Below, piece after piece: positions 52,713 to 62,035 of a stretch of DNA of 64,000 nt. Source of the DNA: Micropepsaceae bacterium. GTDB taxonomy: Bacteria > Pseudomonadota > Alphaproteobacteria > Micropepsales > Micropepsaceae. Where the stretch lies: assembly GCA_041477875.1 (NCBI GenBank), contig JBGOVA010000002.1, forward strand, positions 71 to 64,070, given 5' to 3'. Each line of letters begins with the position of its first letter. Within the stretch, counting starts at the first letter, position 1. The notes below the pieces were generated by a model. It searched no databases, was not told the DNA's origin, and saw only the letters and a list, made by a program, of their open reading frames with translations. A program made the translations under genes and the position numbers.

Positions 52713-53356
52713 GGGCGGTAGAAAATGTGAGAGCCGATCTGGGCGACCTTGACCATGTGCGAGGCCCAAGACGGCGTCACATAGCTGGCGTGATAGTAGG
52801 TGGCGCCGCGGGCGACGGGCCTCACCTTGCCGCGCGTGCGCATCACGGCTGTCGCGACGCGCCGCGCGCGTTTCCAAGCGGCCCGGTCGCGGACGAGATC
52901 CGCCCAGCGATCGCAGGTGAAGGAGAATTGGCAGCCGGTCTTGCGCTGCGACCCTTCGTAGACGACGCCGCAGATCGTCTTGGGACGGCCCGGCGTTCGC
53001 GCGCGCGCCAAGATCACTTCGGCGACCGCCTTCTGTCCCTTCGTGTTTTCGCCGCGCGCCTCGAAATAAATCGCGGTCGTGAGGCAGTTCTTCTCGCCTT
53101 GCGCGCGCTCGCCGGTGGAACCGGGATCGGCGGCCTCAGTCGTGGCGGCAGGCATAGGATCGGGGATCGGCGCCATCATCTCAACGCCCGGCTTGGATGC
53201 GGGCAGATTGGGGGTTGGCACGAGTACATCGGGCGTTGACGCGACTGCGGCAACGCTTGGTGCAGCCGCTGCTGTATCATCGGCAGCTGCCGCGTCGAAC
53301 GACAACGATGCGAACGCGAGAGAGCATAACGCGGCATAAAGTGTCGTCTTGAACAT
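52709..53356 (-). CDS. SleB-family cell wall hydrolase
   Basis: CLTTAIYFEARGE...AVAEVILAR...GCQFSFTCD...ATYYHA is the Hydrolase_2 pattern. A signal peptide follows the internal ATG. Confidence 0.8.
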   Translation of the reverse strand: MFKTTLYAALCSLAFASLSFDAAAADDTAAAAPSVAAVASTPDVLVPTPNLPASKPGVEMMAPIPDPMPAATTEAADPGSTGERAQGEKNCLTTAIYFEARGENTKGQKAVAEVILARARTPGRPKTICGVVYEGSQRKTGCQFSFTCDRWADLVRDRAAWKRARRVATAVMRTRGKVRPVARGATYYHASYVTPSWASHMVKVAQIGSHIFYRP

Positions 53357-53910
53357 ACCGCGATCGTCGCGAACTACCGACATAATCATTCGTTTGAAAA
53401 CCTCTGCCGTTGCATGCCGCCCGTAACAGTCCGGGCGTTGCGCGATCCACTCGCGCTGATGCCAGGCTCTGCCACGGGCAGCTTGCGGACATAGGTTTTC
53501 CGGCGATGGGGGCCAGCGTTATGACCAAGATTTAATCTGATTCAGCGGAACTGTCGGTGCGTTCGCACCAACGCACGATTGCGTGAATGCAATCGCCTGC
53601 ACGAGTAGCAGCGTCCAAACCATATCCGCAACAGACGGTGCGGGATGTGAACTCACTCTTCTTCGCTAAAGCAATCTTCGTCCAGCTTCTTGAATTCCAC
53701 CGTGCGGTTCGTCCGTACACAGACGTTATGCTCGATCATCATTTCGTCAGGTGCCAAAGCGGGGTTTTCTGAGTGCCTTCGCCTTGCCGCAACAATGCAG
53801 GCTGACAGCCGTACTTCACCACTGTTGCGGATTGAGGGTGAGGTGCCATTCTCATTCGCAATCCGCCTTCGCCAAAGCTTCGGCGGACAGGCTGGCGTGC
53901 GTCAGCGCTC

Positions 53911-54681
53911 CTAGCGCGCTACTTCCATCTTGATCGGGCCTTCGGCGCGGCCGTGGATGAATTGCTCGACGTAGGGGTTGCCCGACTTGTCGATGTCTTC
54001 CTTGCGGCCGGCCCAGATGATCTTGCCCTTGTAGATCATCGCGATCTTGTCGGCGATCTTGCGCGCGGAGGCCATGTCGTGGGTGATCGAGAGCGTCGTC
54101 ACGCCCATCTCCTTCACCGTCGTCACGATCAGGTCGTTGATGACGTCGGCCATGATCGGGTCGAGGCCCGTCGTCGGTTCGTCGAAGAAGATGATCTCGG
54201 GCTCGGCCGCGATGGCGCGCGCAAGGCCCACACGTTTTTGCATGCCGCCCGAGAGTTCTGCGGGCGAGAGCTCGCCGACCTCGGCGCCCAAGCCCACCTT
54301 CGCGAGCTTCTTGATCGCGATCTCTTTCGCCTCGCTGCGGCCGAGGCCGTGGCCCTGGATGAGGGCGAAGGCGACGTTCTCCCACACCTTGAGCGAGTCG
54401 AAGAGGGCCGAGTTCTGAAACAGCATTCCGAATTTGCTGTTCACGGTTTCGCGCGCGCGGCCGGTGAGGCGCGTCACCTCCTGGCCGTCGACCTTGATCG
54501 AGCCGCGGTCGGGCGTGATCAGGCCCAGGACGCATTTGATCGTCACCGACTTGCCGGTGCCCGAGCCGCCGATGATGACGAGCGATTCACCGGGCTGAAC
54601 GGAGAGATCGATGCCGTCGAGCACGACCTTGGGGCCGAAGCGCTTGAAGAGGCCTCTGACTTCGATTTTGGGCGTGGTCAT
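53911..54681 (-). CDS. mlaF: MlaF-type ABC transporter ATP-binding protein
   Basis: This uses the internal ATG (MTTPKIEVRGLFKRFG), which overlaps the mlaE stop (ATGA). GGSGTGKSV, LSGGMQKRVGLARA and IIFFDEPTTGLDP are present. Confidence 0.9.
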   Translation of the reverse strand: MTTPKIEVRGLFKRFGPKVVLDGIDLSVQPGESLVIIGGSGTGKSVTIKCVLGLITPDRGSIKVDGQEVTRLTGRARETVNSKFGMLFQNSALFDSLKVWENVAFALIQGHGLGRSEAKEIAIKKLAKVGLGAEVGELSPAELSGGMQKRVGLARAIAAEPEIIFFDEPTTGLDPIMADVINDLIVTTVKEMGVTTLSITHDMASARKIADKIAMIYKGKIIWAGRKEDIDKSGNPYVEQFIHGRAEGPIKMEVAR

Positions 54682-55457
54682 CGGCTGCCCGCACCGAAGA
54701 AGATCGAGGTCATCACATAGTTGGCGGCCAGGATCATGATCGCGGCGGAGACCACTGCGTTCGTCGTCGCCGCGCCCACGCCTTGCGCGCCGCCCTTCGA
54801 GTTGTAGCCGTGGAACGAGCCCATGAGCGCGATGATGAAGCCGAAGACGGCGGCCTTCCAAAGGCCCGAGGTGACGTCGCCGGTCTTGAGGAAGTCGGCC
54901 GTGTTGTTGAGATAGGCCGCGGAGTTGAAGTCGAGCGAATAGACGGCCACCACCCAGCCGCCCATGACGCCGATGATGTCGGCGACCGCGACCAGGAGCG
55001 GCATCGTCAGCACCGCCGCGATGAGGCGCGGGGCGACGAGATACTTGAACGGGTTCGTCGAGAGCGTGACGAGGGCGTCGATCTGTTCGGTCACCCGCAT
55101 GGTGCCCAATTCGGCGGCGATGGCGGCGGAAACGCGGCCAGCGACCATGAGGCCCGCCATCACGGGCCCGAGCTCGCGCGTGATGCCGAGCACGACGATC
55201 TGGGGCACCAGCGTCTCCGCGCCGATGTCGCTGCCCACGAAGATCTGCAAGGCCAAAGCGCCGCCGGTGAAGAAGGCGGTGAGGCCCACGACGGGCAGCG
55301 AAAAGTAACCGATGCGCAACATCTGCTGCACGATCAGGCGGGCGTAGATCGGCGGCATGAACGAGGCCGGGACCGCCTGCGACGCGAAGGCCGCGATACG
55401 GCCGATCTCACGCAGGAAGGCGATGACAAACCGGCCGACGAGGGCGAGGGGGTTCAT
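54678..55457 (-). CDS. mlaE: MlaE-family ABC transporter permease
   Basis: The 259-aa protein shows the typical MlaE pattern (GPVMAGLMVAGRVSAAIAAELGTMRVTEQIDAL). Confidence 0.9.
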   Translation of the reverse strand: MNPLALVGRFVIAFLREIGRIAAFASQAVPASFMPPIYARLIVQQMLRIGYFSLPVVGLTAFFTGGALALQIFVGSDIGAETLVPQIVVLGITRELGPVMAGLMVAGRVSAAIAAELGTMRVTEQIDALVTLSTNPFKYLVAPRLIAAVLTMPLLVAVADIIGVMGGWVVAVYSLDFNSAAYLNNTADFLKTGDVTSGLWKAAVFGFIIALMGSFHGYNSKGGAQGVGAATTNAVVSAAIMILAANYVMTSIFFGAGSR

Positions 55458-56516
55458 CTAGTTCGCCCCGACGTAGCGGCGTTCGATGCGCGGCCCGAGG
55501 CGCGTGTAGATCTCGTAGGGCAAGGTGCCTGCGTCGCGCGCGAGTTCGTCGACGGTTTGACGGGGTCCGATGAATTCGATGGCGGCGCCGGCGCGCGCGG
55601 CGCGCTCGGGAACCGCGGAGACGTCGAGTGTGACCAGGTCCATCGATACGCGCCCGACTATGGGACATTTGACGCCGGCGATCACACCATGCCCCCTGTT
55701 CGAAAGCGAGCGCATGAGACCGTCGGCATACCCCAGGGCCGCAATGCCCAGACGCCGTGGTCCGCTTGCGGAATAGGTGGCTCCGTAACCGACGGTGTCC
55801 CCCCTGTCAATCGAACGGACCTGCAGCAGCGGCGCGGTCAAGGTTACGGTCCCGCGCATCGGGTTGGCGCCTGCTTTTCTGGGGTTTCCGCCGTAGAGCG
55901 CGATGCCGGGGCGCACCAAGTCAAACGCGAAGTCGGGGGCCAGAAAACAACCGCCGGAGGCGGCGAGGCTCAGCGGTGTGCCGGAGAATCGCTTGGCCAA
56001 GGTTTTGAAGCGGGCGAGTTGGGCTTGGTTCTTCTCGTGCTCGGGATCGTCGGAGGAGGCGAGATGGCTCATGACGAGCGCGGGCGTGGCGGCGATAGAG
56101 TCGAGGTCGTGCTCGGAGAGGCCGAGGCGCGACATGCCGGTGTCGAGATGGAGCGCGTAGGCTGCGCGCAGTCCGCTCTTCAGCCAATCGGCGACTTGGG
56201 GCGCGCTCGACAGAACGGGCGCGAGTTTGTGTTCGGCGAAGAGCGATTTGTGCGGGCTCGCGTAGCCATGCAGCACGTAGATCGTCGGCGACGGAATCGC
56301 GCTACGCAGTTCGGCGCCTTCCTCGACATGCGCGACGAAGAAAGTCTTGCACCCGGCGGCCGCCAGCGCCTTCGCGACAGGCTGCGCGCCGAGGCCGTAG
56401 CCATCCGCCTTCACGACAGCGGCGACCTCCGCCGGCTTCACCTGCGCAGTGAGGCGGCGGTAGTTCTCAACGATTGCCGCGAGATCGACGGTGAGGGTTG
56501 GGTAGGTGGAGTGCAT
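55458..56516 (-). CDS. alr: Alanine racemase
   Basis: The PLP Lys motif is AVVKADGYGLG. The C-terminus is VSMDLVTLDVS...YEIYTRLG. The stop abuts the mlaE start. Confidence 0.9.
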   Translation of the reverse strand: MHSTYPTLTVDLAAIVENYRRLTAQVKPAEVAAVVKADGYGLGAQPVAKALAAAGCKTFFVAHVEEGAELRSAIPSPTIYVLHGYASPHKSLFAEHKLAPVLSSAPQVADWLKSGLRAAYALHLDTGMSRLGLSEHDLDSIAATPALVMSHLASSDDPEHEKNQAQLARFKTLAKRFSGTPLSLAASGGCFLAPDFAFDLVRPGIALYGGNPRKAGANPMRGTVTLTAPLLQVRSIDRGDTVGYGATYSASGPRRLGIAALGYADGLMRSLSNRGHGVIAGVKCPIVGRVSMDLVTLDVSAVPERAARAGAAIEFIGPRQTVDELARDAGTLPYEIYTRLGPRIERRYVGAN

Positions 56517-56578
56517 CGAGCCCGCGCGTAGCACAGAAGGTGGAGCGAAACCAAGGTCGCGCGTTACACGTCGGCAAG

Positions 56579-58045
56579 CTAGCGTATCTGGATAGGTAGG
56601 TTGTCTTCCTTCGCCAGGTCGTAGAAGCGTGTGTACTGAGCTTCGAATGCCACCTCAACTTTGGTGGTTGGTCCATGCCTATTTTTTTCCACCAGGATGT
56701 CGGCGATGTGAGCTATCCGGGCCATTTTCTCCTTGTATGCAGCGTATTCTGGCGTCGCGTCAGATGGTGCCTTGGTTTCTAGATAATATGCCTCGCGATA
56801 AACGAAGATGACAATATCAGCGTCCTGCTCGATTGAACCTGATTCTCGAAGATCGGCGAGCACGGGACGTTTGTCGTCACGATTGTCGACGCCACGCGAC
56901 AGTTGCGAGAGGGCGACGATGGGCACGTTCAGCTCTTTGGCCAATGTCTTGAGACCCTTTGTGATCTCCGTGACCTCCTGAACGCGATTTTCATTGCGCT
57001 TGTTTCCAGAGCCTGCGAGCAGCTGCAAGTAGTCGACGACAATTAAGCCCAGGTCGCCAGCACGTTGAAGGCGTCTGGCTCTTCCCGCAATTTGCGCAAT
57101 CGAGAGACCGCCAGTGTCGTCGATGTACAATGGAAGGCGTTCGAGCTCCGTTGTCACTTGAATGAGCGCGTTCATTTCACGCTCGTCGATCTTACCGCGT
57201 CTAATCCTGCTGGCAGATACCTTGGACTGCTCCGCCATGATGCGTGTTGCCAATTGCTCGGCAGCCATTTCGAGCGAGAAGAACGCGACTCGTGCCCCGC
57301 CTTGACCTTCGCTGCGCGCCCATTCTCGCGCCGCATGAAACGCCATGTTGGTTGCAAGAGCCGTCTTGCCCATGCCAGGCCGTCCGGCAACGATGATGAG
57401 GTCGGAACGCTGCAGACCGCCGAGCAGATTGTCCAGATCAGACAGACCAGTCGCAACGCCGGTGATATGGCTTGGCGACTTGTACGCACGTTCCGCGACT
57501 TCGACAGCACCGGTCATAGCTTGCTGGAACGATTTGAATCCTCCGCCGAACCGTCCTTTTTCTGCAATTCTGTAAAGTTGCTTTTCCGCTTCTTCGATTT
57601 GTTCGGCGGGCGACAGGTCGACGGGCGGATCGTAGGCGACGTTGACGATCTCTTCGCCGACGCGGATCAGGTCGCGGCGCTGGGCGAGGTCGAAGATCAT
57701 GCGGCCGTAGTCGGACGCGTTGATGACCGACGGCGAGAAGCGCGCGAGTTCGGAGAGATAGTCGGCGCCGCCGACATCCTTCATCGCGGCGTCGAGCGCG
57801 AAGTACGGGCGCAACGTCACGGGCGAGGCGAGCTGGCCCTTGCGAATGACGCGACCCAGCGCTTCGAACACGCGCTGGTGCATGGGCTCGTGAAAATGCT
57901 CGGGCTCAAGGAAGCCCGAGACGCGCTCGAAGGCGTCGTTGTTGACGAGAATCGCGCCGAGCAACGCTTGTTCCGCTTCGACATCGAAGGGGGTTTGGCG
58001 ATAGTCCGGCGCGGTTTGCTGTTTGGGCGCGACCGCTAAACTCAT
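56579..58045 (-). CDS. dnaB: Replicative DNA helicase DnaB
   Basis: PFDVEAEQALLGAIL, Walker A GRPGMGKTALA and SLEM...LSQLSR..........DLRESGSIEQDAD are present. The start is the internal ATG at 58045. Confidence 0.95.
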   Translation of the reverse strand: MSLAVAPKQQTAPDYRQTPFDVEAEQALLGAILVNNDAFERVSGFLEPEHFHEPMHQRVFEALGRVIRKGQLASPVTLRPYFALDAAMKDVGGADYLSELARFSPSVINASDYGRMIFDLAQRRDLIRVGEEIVNVAYDPPVDLSPAEQIEEAEKQLYRIAEKGRFGGGFKSFQQAMTGAVEVAERAYKSPSHITGVATGLSDLDNLLGGLQRSDLIIVAGRPGMGKTALATNMAFHAAREWARSEGQGGARVAFFSLEMAAEQLATRIMAEQSKVSASRIRRGKIDEREMNALIQVTTELERLPLYIDDTGGLSIAQIAGRARRLQRAGDLGLIVVDYLQLLAGSGNKRNENRVQEVTEITKGLKTLAKELNVPIVALSQLSRGVDNRDDKRPVLADLRESGSIEQDADIVIFVYREAYYLETKAPSDATPEYAAYKEKMARIAHIADILVEKNRHGPTTKVEVAFEAQYTRFYDLAKEDNLPIQIR

Positions 58046-58052
58046 GGAGCGA

Positions 58053-59324
58053 TTAAGAGCGTTCCGGTTGAACCTGCGCAATCGATTGCGATGCTTTATC
58101 CACCGTCCTTGCGCGCAGGACCTCTTGCGCATTCGGAACCATGTAATCGCGTGTCAAGGGCAGCGCATCGATTCGCTTTGAGAATTGTACTTGAAAAACC
58201 ATCAGTCCCTGATGCCGAAATGCCATTTCCTCGGCAGCCATGAAAAATTCCCACATGCGGCAAAAGCGTTCGTCGTAGATTTGCGCGGCACGGTCCCAAT
58301 TGGCGGTGAAACGGCGGCGCCATTCGGCGAGCGTCAAGGCATAATGCAACCGCCAGATTTCGATATCGGTAACGATCAGGCCGTTGCGCTCGATATGGGG
58401 GACCACCTCGCTCAACGCTGGGGTGTAGCCGCCCGGGAAAATATATTTCGAGATCCAGGGATTGGAGACGCCCGGTCCGTCGGCGCGGCCGATCGAGTGG
58501 ATCAAAGCGACGCCGTCGTCGGTCAGGAGCGATGAAATCTTTGCGAAGAAGTCGTTGTAGTGGCTGATGCCGACATGTTCGAACATGCCGATCGAAACGA
58601 TGCGGTCGAATTTGCCGGAGACGTTTCGGTAATCTTCAAGGCGGAAGCGCACGCGGTCGTTCAGGTGGGCATTCGCGACGCGTTCGTTCGCGATTTTGAT
58701 TTGCTCTTGGCTGAGCGTCACGCCGGTGACGTCGACATCCGCGGTCTGCGCGAGCTGCAGCGCCAAGCCGCCCCAGCCCGAACCGACATCGAGCACCGAC
58801 ATGCCGGGCTTCAATGCGAGCTTGGCGGCGATGCGTTGCTTCTTCTGTTTCTGCGCAGTCTCAAGCGAGTCATGCGGCGTTTCGAAGAAGGCGCAGGAGT
58901 ATTGCTTGTCGGTGTCGAGGAATAGGTCGTAGAGCTTGCCCGACAGATCGTAGTGATGCGCGACGTTGTGCCTGGCGCGGCTGCGCGTGTTCCATTGCGC
59001 CCAGCGCCGCAAGAGGTAACGCGCCTTGGTCAGCCACGCGAGAAGGCCGCCGACAGAGTTCATGCCGATATTGCGCAGGGTCAGATCGAGGAAGTCTGCG
59101 ATGGTGGCGCCGCCTTCGACCGTCATGCGGCCGTCCATGTACGCCTCACCGGCCTTGAGGGCGGGGTTCAGAGCAATCTCTCGCGCGACGCGCCGGTCGT
59201 GCAGCTTGATCGTCAGCGGTGGTTTTTCACGTTCGCCGAAATGGTGGGTCTCGCCCTCAGCGTCGATGACGGCGAGATGTCCTTCGCGCACCAAGCGCTT
59301 GAAGAAGATCGATAACAGGTGCAT
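58053..59324 (-). CDS. cfa: Cyclopropane-fatty-acyl-phospholipid synthase, second paralogue
   Basis: HYDLSGKLYDLFLDTDKQYSCAFF and VLDVGSGWGGL are present. It is collinear with CDS 21739..23004 over its full length. Confidence 0.9.
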   Translation of the reverse strand: MHLLSIFFKRLVREGHLAVIDAEGETHHFGEREKPPLTIKLHDRRVAREIALNPALKAGEAYMDGRMTVEGGATIADFLDLTLRNIGMNSVGGLLAWLTKARYLLRRWAQWNTRSRARHNVAHHYDLSGKLYDLFLDTDKQYSCAFFETPHDSLETAQKQKKQRIAAKLALKPGMSVLDVGSGWGGLALQLAQTADVDVTGVTLSQEQIKIANERVANAHLNDRVRFRLEDYRNVSGKFDRIVSIGMFEHVGISHYNDFFAKISSLLTDDGVALIHSIGRADGPGVSNPWISKYIFPGGYTPALSEVVPHIERNGLIVTDIEIWRLHYALTLAEWRRRFTANWDRAAQIYDERFCRMWEFFMAAEEMAFRHQGLMVFQVQFSKRIDALPLTRDYMVPNAQEVLRARTVDKASQSIAQVQPERS

Positions 59325-59397
59325 CGCTCGTGACCCCCTACGTGCGCCAGCGCGGATCGGCGCGCCTTTTGCCTATTCAGGGATATAGAACGCAAAT

Positions 59398-59426
59398 GGC
59401 CGCCGGGAAGTTCCGGCGGCCTTTTG
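59398..59426. terminator. GC-rich hairpin downstream of rplI (possible bidirectional terminator)
   Basis: The hairpin is GGCCGCCGG-loop-CCGGCGGCC. It is followed by TTTTGG on the plus strand and ATTTGCGTTCTATAT on the minus strand. Confidence 0.45.
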
Positions 59427-59454
59427 GTCCTGGACGGTCCTGATCTTCAGGCCG

Positions 59455-60162
59455 CTATTTTTCCTTCTTTTCCTTCTTTTTCCTTTCAGGCTTGACCTCC
59501 GCGGATGCCGCGTTGTCGGCCTTGGCGGCGGCGGGTTTTTCGGCCGCCGCTTTCTTCTTCTTGGGCTTGGCTTCGGCCGGGGCCTCTGCGGTCTCGTCGC
59601 CCGACGCTTCCTTTGCGGCCTCTTCGCTTTCGAAGAGCGCTTCGGCGGCGATGCGCGCTTCGTCCGCGGCGGTCATGGTGGCGATGTTCTCGCCGCGCGC
59701 CTGACGTTCGGCCTCTTCGGCGGTACGCGCGATGTTGAGCACAATGCCCACGCGCACTTCCGGGTGAAGCACGACGCGCACGTCGTGCATGCCCAGCGTT
59801 TTGATTGCCTTGTCGAGCACGACCTGACCGCGATCGACGGAGGTGCCGTTCGCCGTCACGGCGTCGGAGATATCGCGCGTGGAAACCGAGCCGTAGAGCA
59901 TGCCCGTCTCGCCCGCCTGACGCAGGATGACGAAGGTCTGCTTGTCGAGCTTTGTCGCAACGCCCTCAGCCTCTTTCTTCAGCGTGAGGTTGCGGGCTTC
60001 GAGCTGCGCTTTTTCGGTCTCAAAGTGCGCGATGTTGGCCTTCGTCGCGCGCAGCGCCTTTTTGCGGGGCAAGAGGAAGTTGCGGGCGAAGCCGTCCTTC
60101 ACCTTGACCACTTCGCCCATCTGGCCGAGTTTTTCGACGCGTTCGAGCAGGATGACTTGCAT
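59455..60162 (-). CDS. rplI: 50S ribosomal protein L9 with extended Ala/Lys/Glu-rich C-terminal tail (235 aa)
   Basis: The L9 core begins [32 protein letters not shown]. The tail is ...[39 protein letters not shown]. Confidence 0.9.
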   Translation of the reverse strand: MQVILLERVEKLGQMGEVVKVKDGFARNFLLPRKKALRATKANIAHFETEKAQLEARNLTLKKEAEGVATKLDKQTFVILRQAGETGMLYGSVSTRDISDAVTANGTSVDRGQVVLDKAIKTLGMHDVRVVLHPEVRVGIVLNIARTAEEAERQARGENIATMTAADEARIAAEALFESEEAAKEASGDETAEAPAEAKPKKKKAAAEKPAAAKADNAASAEVKPERKKKEKKEK

Positions 60163-60180
60163 GATCGTTATCTCCCGCCC

Positions 60181-60609
60181 TTACGACACGACATAGGGCA
60201 GCAACGCCAAGAAGCGCGCGCGCTTGATCGCGGCTGCGAGTTCGCGCTGCTTCTTCGCCGACACCGCCGTGATGCGCGAGGGGACGATCTTGCCGCGCTC
60301 GGAAATGAAGCGCGAAAGAAGCTTGCCGTCCTTGTAGTCGATCTTCGGCGCGTTCGAGCCGGAGAAGGGACAGGTCTTGCGTCGACGGAAGAACGGACGG
60401 CGTCCGCCGCCACCGCCAAATCCGCCAGCACCACCGCCGCCGCCGAAGCCGCCGCGGTCACCGCCGCCGTAGCCGCCGCCTCCGCCAAATCCACCACCGC
60501 CGACACCACGGTCACCGCCGCCGCCGCCGAAACCACCACCACCGCCGCCGCCGTAGGGCGGGCGATCACCACTGCGCGGGGGCGGCCGGTCGCTACGATC
60601 TCCGCTCAT
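60181..60609 (-). CDS. rpsR: 30S ribosomal protein S18 with a roughly 65-aa Gly-rich N-terminal extension
   Basis: The conserved core is [15 protein letters not shown]...[19 protein letters not shown]. The only in-frame start is ATG 60609, which overlaps the rpsF stop (ATGA). I found no ATG, GTG or TTG in frame nearer the core. Confidence 0.85.
   Translation of the reverse strand: MSGDRSDRPPPRSGDRPPYGGGGGGGFGGGGGDRGVGGGGFGGGGGYGGGDRGGFGGGGGAGGFGGGGGRRPFFRRRKTCPFSGSNAPKIDYKDGKLLSRFISERGKIVPSRITAVSAKKQRELAAAIKRARFLALLPYVVS
60403..60555 (-). repeat. (GGN)n glycine-codon low-complexity tract inside rpsR
   Basis: It encodes [50 protein letters not shown]. Confidence 0.8.
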
Positions 60610-61088
60610 GACTCAACTCCCACGTCTTTTTCGGGTCTCGGTTCTCTGTCGGGTCTGTCGCCGCGATCGGGACGGCCTTCGCGTCCTTCGAAGGTTCTCT
60701 CGGGCCGTCCTTCGAAGCCTTCCTCGTCGCCGCGGCCCCACTTCGCGTCGCGCCGTTCTTTCGCTTGCTTGGCGAGCATGCCCGCGGAGGGACCTTCCTC
60801 AAGTTCTTCCACGCGGATGGTCAACTGACGGATGACGTCTTCGTTGAGCTTCAACTGGCGTTCCATCTCGGCCACGGCCGGCCAGGGCGAGTCCAGATTG
60901 AAGAGCACGTAGTGGCCCTTGCGGTTCTTTTTGATTTTGTAGGTGAGCGAGCGCAGACCCCAATGTTCCTGCTTGGTGACCTTACCGCCGCCCGTTTCGA
61001 TGATGCCTTTCAGGTGCTCGATCAATTGCTCGACCTGCGCCTGCGCCGCATCTTGGCGCGCGATAAACACATGCTCGTATAACGGCAT
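60606..61088 (-). CDS. rpsF: 30S ribosomal protein S6 with charged Arg/Asp/Glu/Pro-rich C-terminal tail
   Basis: This uses the internal ATG ([13 protein letters not shown]...) with an AAGGGAG SD. The tail is [38 protein letters not shown]. Confidence 0.9.
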   Translation of the reverse strand: MPLYEHVFIARQDAAQAQVEQLIEHLKGIIETGGGKVTKQEHWGLRSLTYKIKKNRKGHYVLFNLDSPWPAVAEMERQLKLNEDVIRQLTIRVEELEEGPSAGMLAKQAKERRDAKWGRGDEEGFEGRPERTFEGREGRPDRGDRPDREPRPEKDVGVES

Positions 61089-61373
61089 GGGAGCTCCCTT
61101 GGGCCACGGCGCCGTTGCACGGCCCCCATGGCTGTGCACACGACGATGGACCGGCAAGGCATGTCGGGCCCTCTGCCCCGAGGAAATCTTTAGGATTTCC
61201 GCGCCTTGCGGCCGCGACCGCTGTTTGACGAGGCGCGGACTATACGGATTTGCGTTTGCGCGGCAAGGGGCATTCGGCTGCGGGAATCCCAGGGTTCCAC
61301 GGGGCCACGACCTCGAAGTCACCGCAATCCCTGCGCTAGGCTCGTGGCCTGAGCGAATGCAAGGAGAACGGCG

Positions 61374-61994
61374 ATGGCTCGCCTTTTGTCTTGGGGCGCT
61401 TTGAGTATGGCGTTGGCGCTTGCGGCCTGCGATCAGGCGAGTAAGCCACCCGAGCAGTCGAAACCCTCTGAAACGAAATCAAACGCTCAGGCCGAGACAG
61501 CGCCTGCGGCCTCTCCCTCGGTGCCGGCGTGCGCGAGCATCGTCGAGCGCATGATTGCGTTCACCTCGGCGCAGGCGAAGGACAAGCTGATCATAGAGGC
61601 TCTGGGGCCCGACTGCGCGAACCCGGCGATGTTCGCGCGGATCTTCGATGCAAACGGCCGCCTGGTCTTTGCCAACATGACAAGCGGCAAGTGGCTGATG
61701 AACGCGGAGCTGTTTCCGCAAGGATTGGGAACGCCGCAAGGCGTTGCGGAGAACCTCTACGATATCGGTGAACCCAACTCGAAGAATTTACCGGAGTGGA
61801 AGGCGGGCGCGGCGGCGCCTGCGAAAGGAGGCTACGGCGCGTATGAGGAACTCATTCCGCAGCCGGCCTATGAGCGCTTGCGCGCGCTGAACGCGACGAC
61901 GCTGATCAAGCGCGGCGGCGGGGAGAGCGGCACGATCTTCATCTACGATCCGGAACTGGGCGAAGCCGTCGCCGTGGCGATCTTTGCCGTGTAA
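61374..61994 (+). CDS. Hypothetical lipoprotein
   Basis: The lipobox is LALAAC. It is followed by a Ser/Lys/Pro-rich linker. I recognise no family. Confidence 0.55.
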   Translation: MARLLSWGALSMALALAACDQASKPPEQSKPSETKSNAQAETAPAASPSVPACASIVERMIAFTSAQAKDKLIIEALGPDCANPAMFARIFDANGRLVFANMTSGKWLMNAELFPQGLGTPQGVAENLYDIGEPNSKNLPEWKAGAAAPAKGGYGAYEELIPQPAYERLRALNATTLIKRGGGESGTIFIYDPELGEAVAVAIFAV

Positions 61995-62035
61995 GCTGCG
62001 GTTGGGAAGATACACAAGACGGTGAGGAGACGCGC

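Noticed and set aside
54783-56531. A 582-aa plus-strand ORF.
   Set aside because: The same reasoning applies to the other long antisense ORFs: 15062..16282, 24368..25384, 27407..28942, 27739..28923, 34076..35218, 37039..38130, 41937..43376, 42925..44118, 45581..47167, 48103..49281, 49982..51055, 51537..52877 and 59764..60828. All are shadow ORFs opposite or out of frame with genes that have clear family motifs. Their composition is dominated by Arg, Ala, Gly, Asp and Pro.
60403-60555. The regular GGC/GGT repeats in rpsR, and the GQPP repeats at 23258-23490, as possible CRISPR or satellite arrays.
   Set aside because: They are in-frame coding low-complexity tracts. There is no repeat-spacer architecture and no cas genes anywhere in the window.
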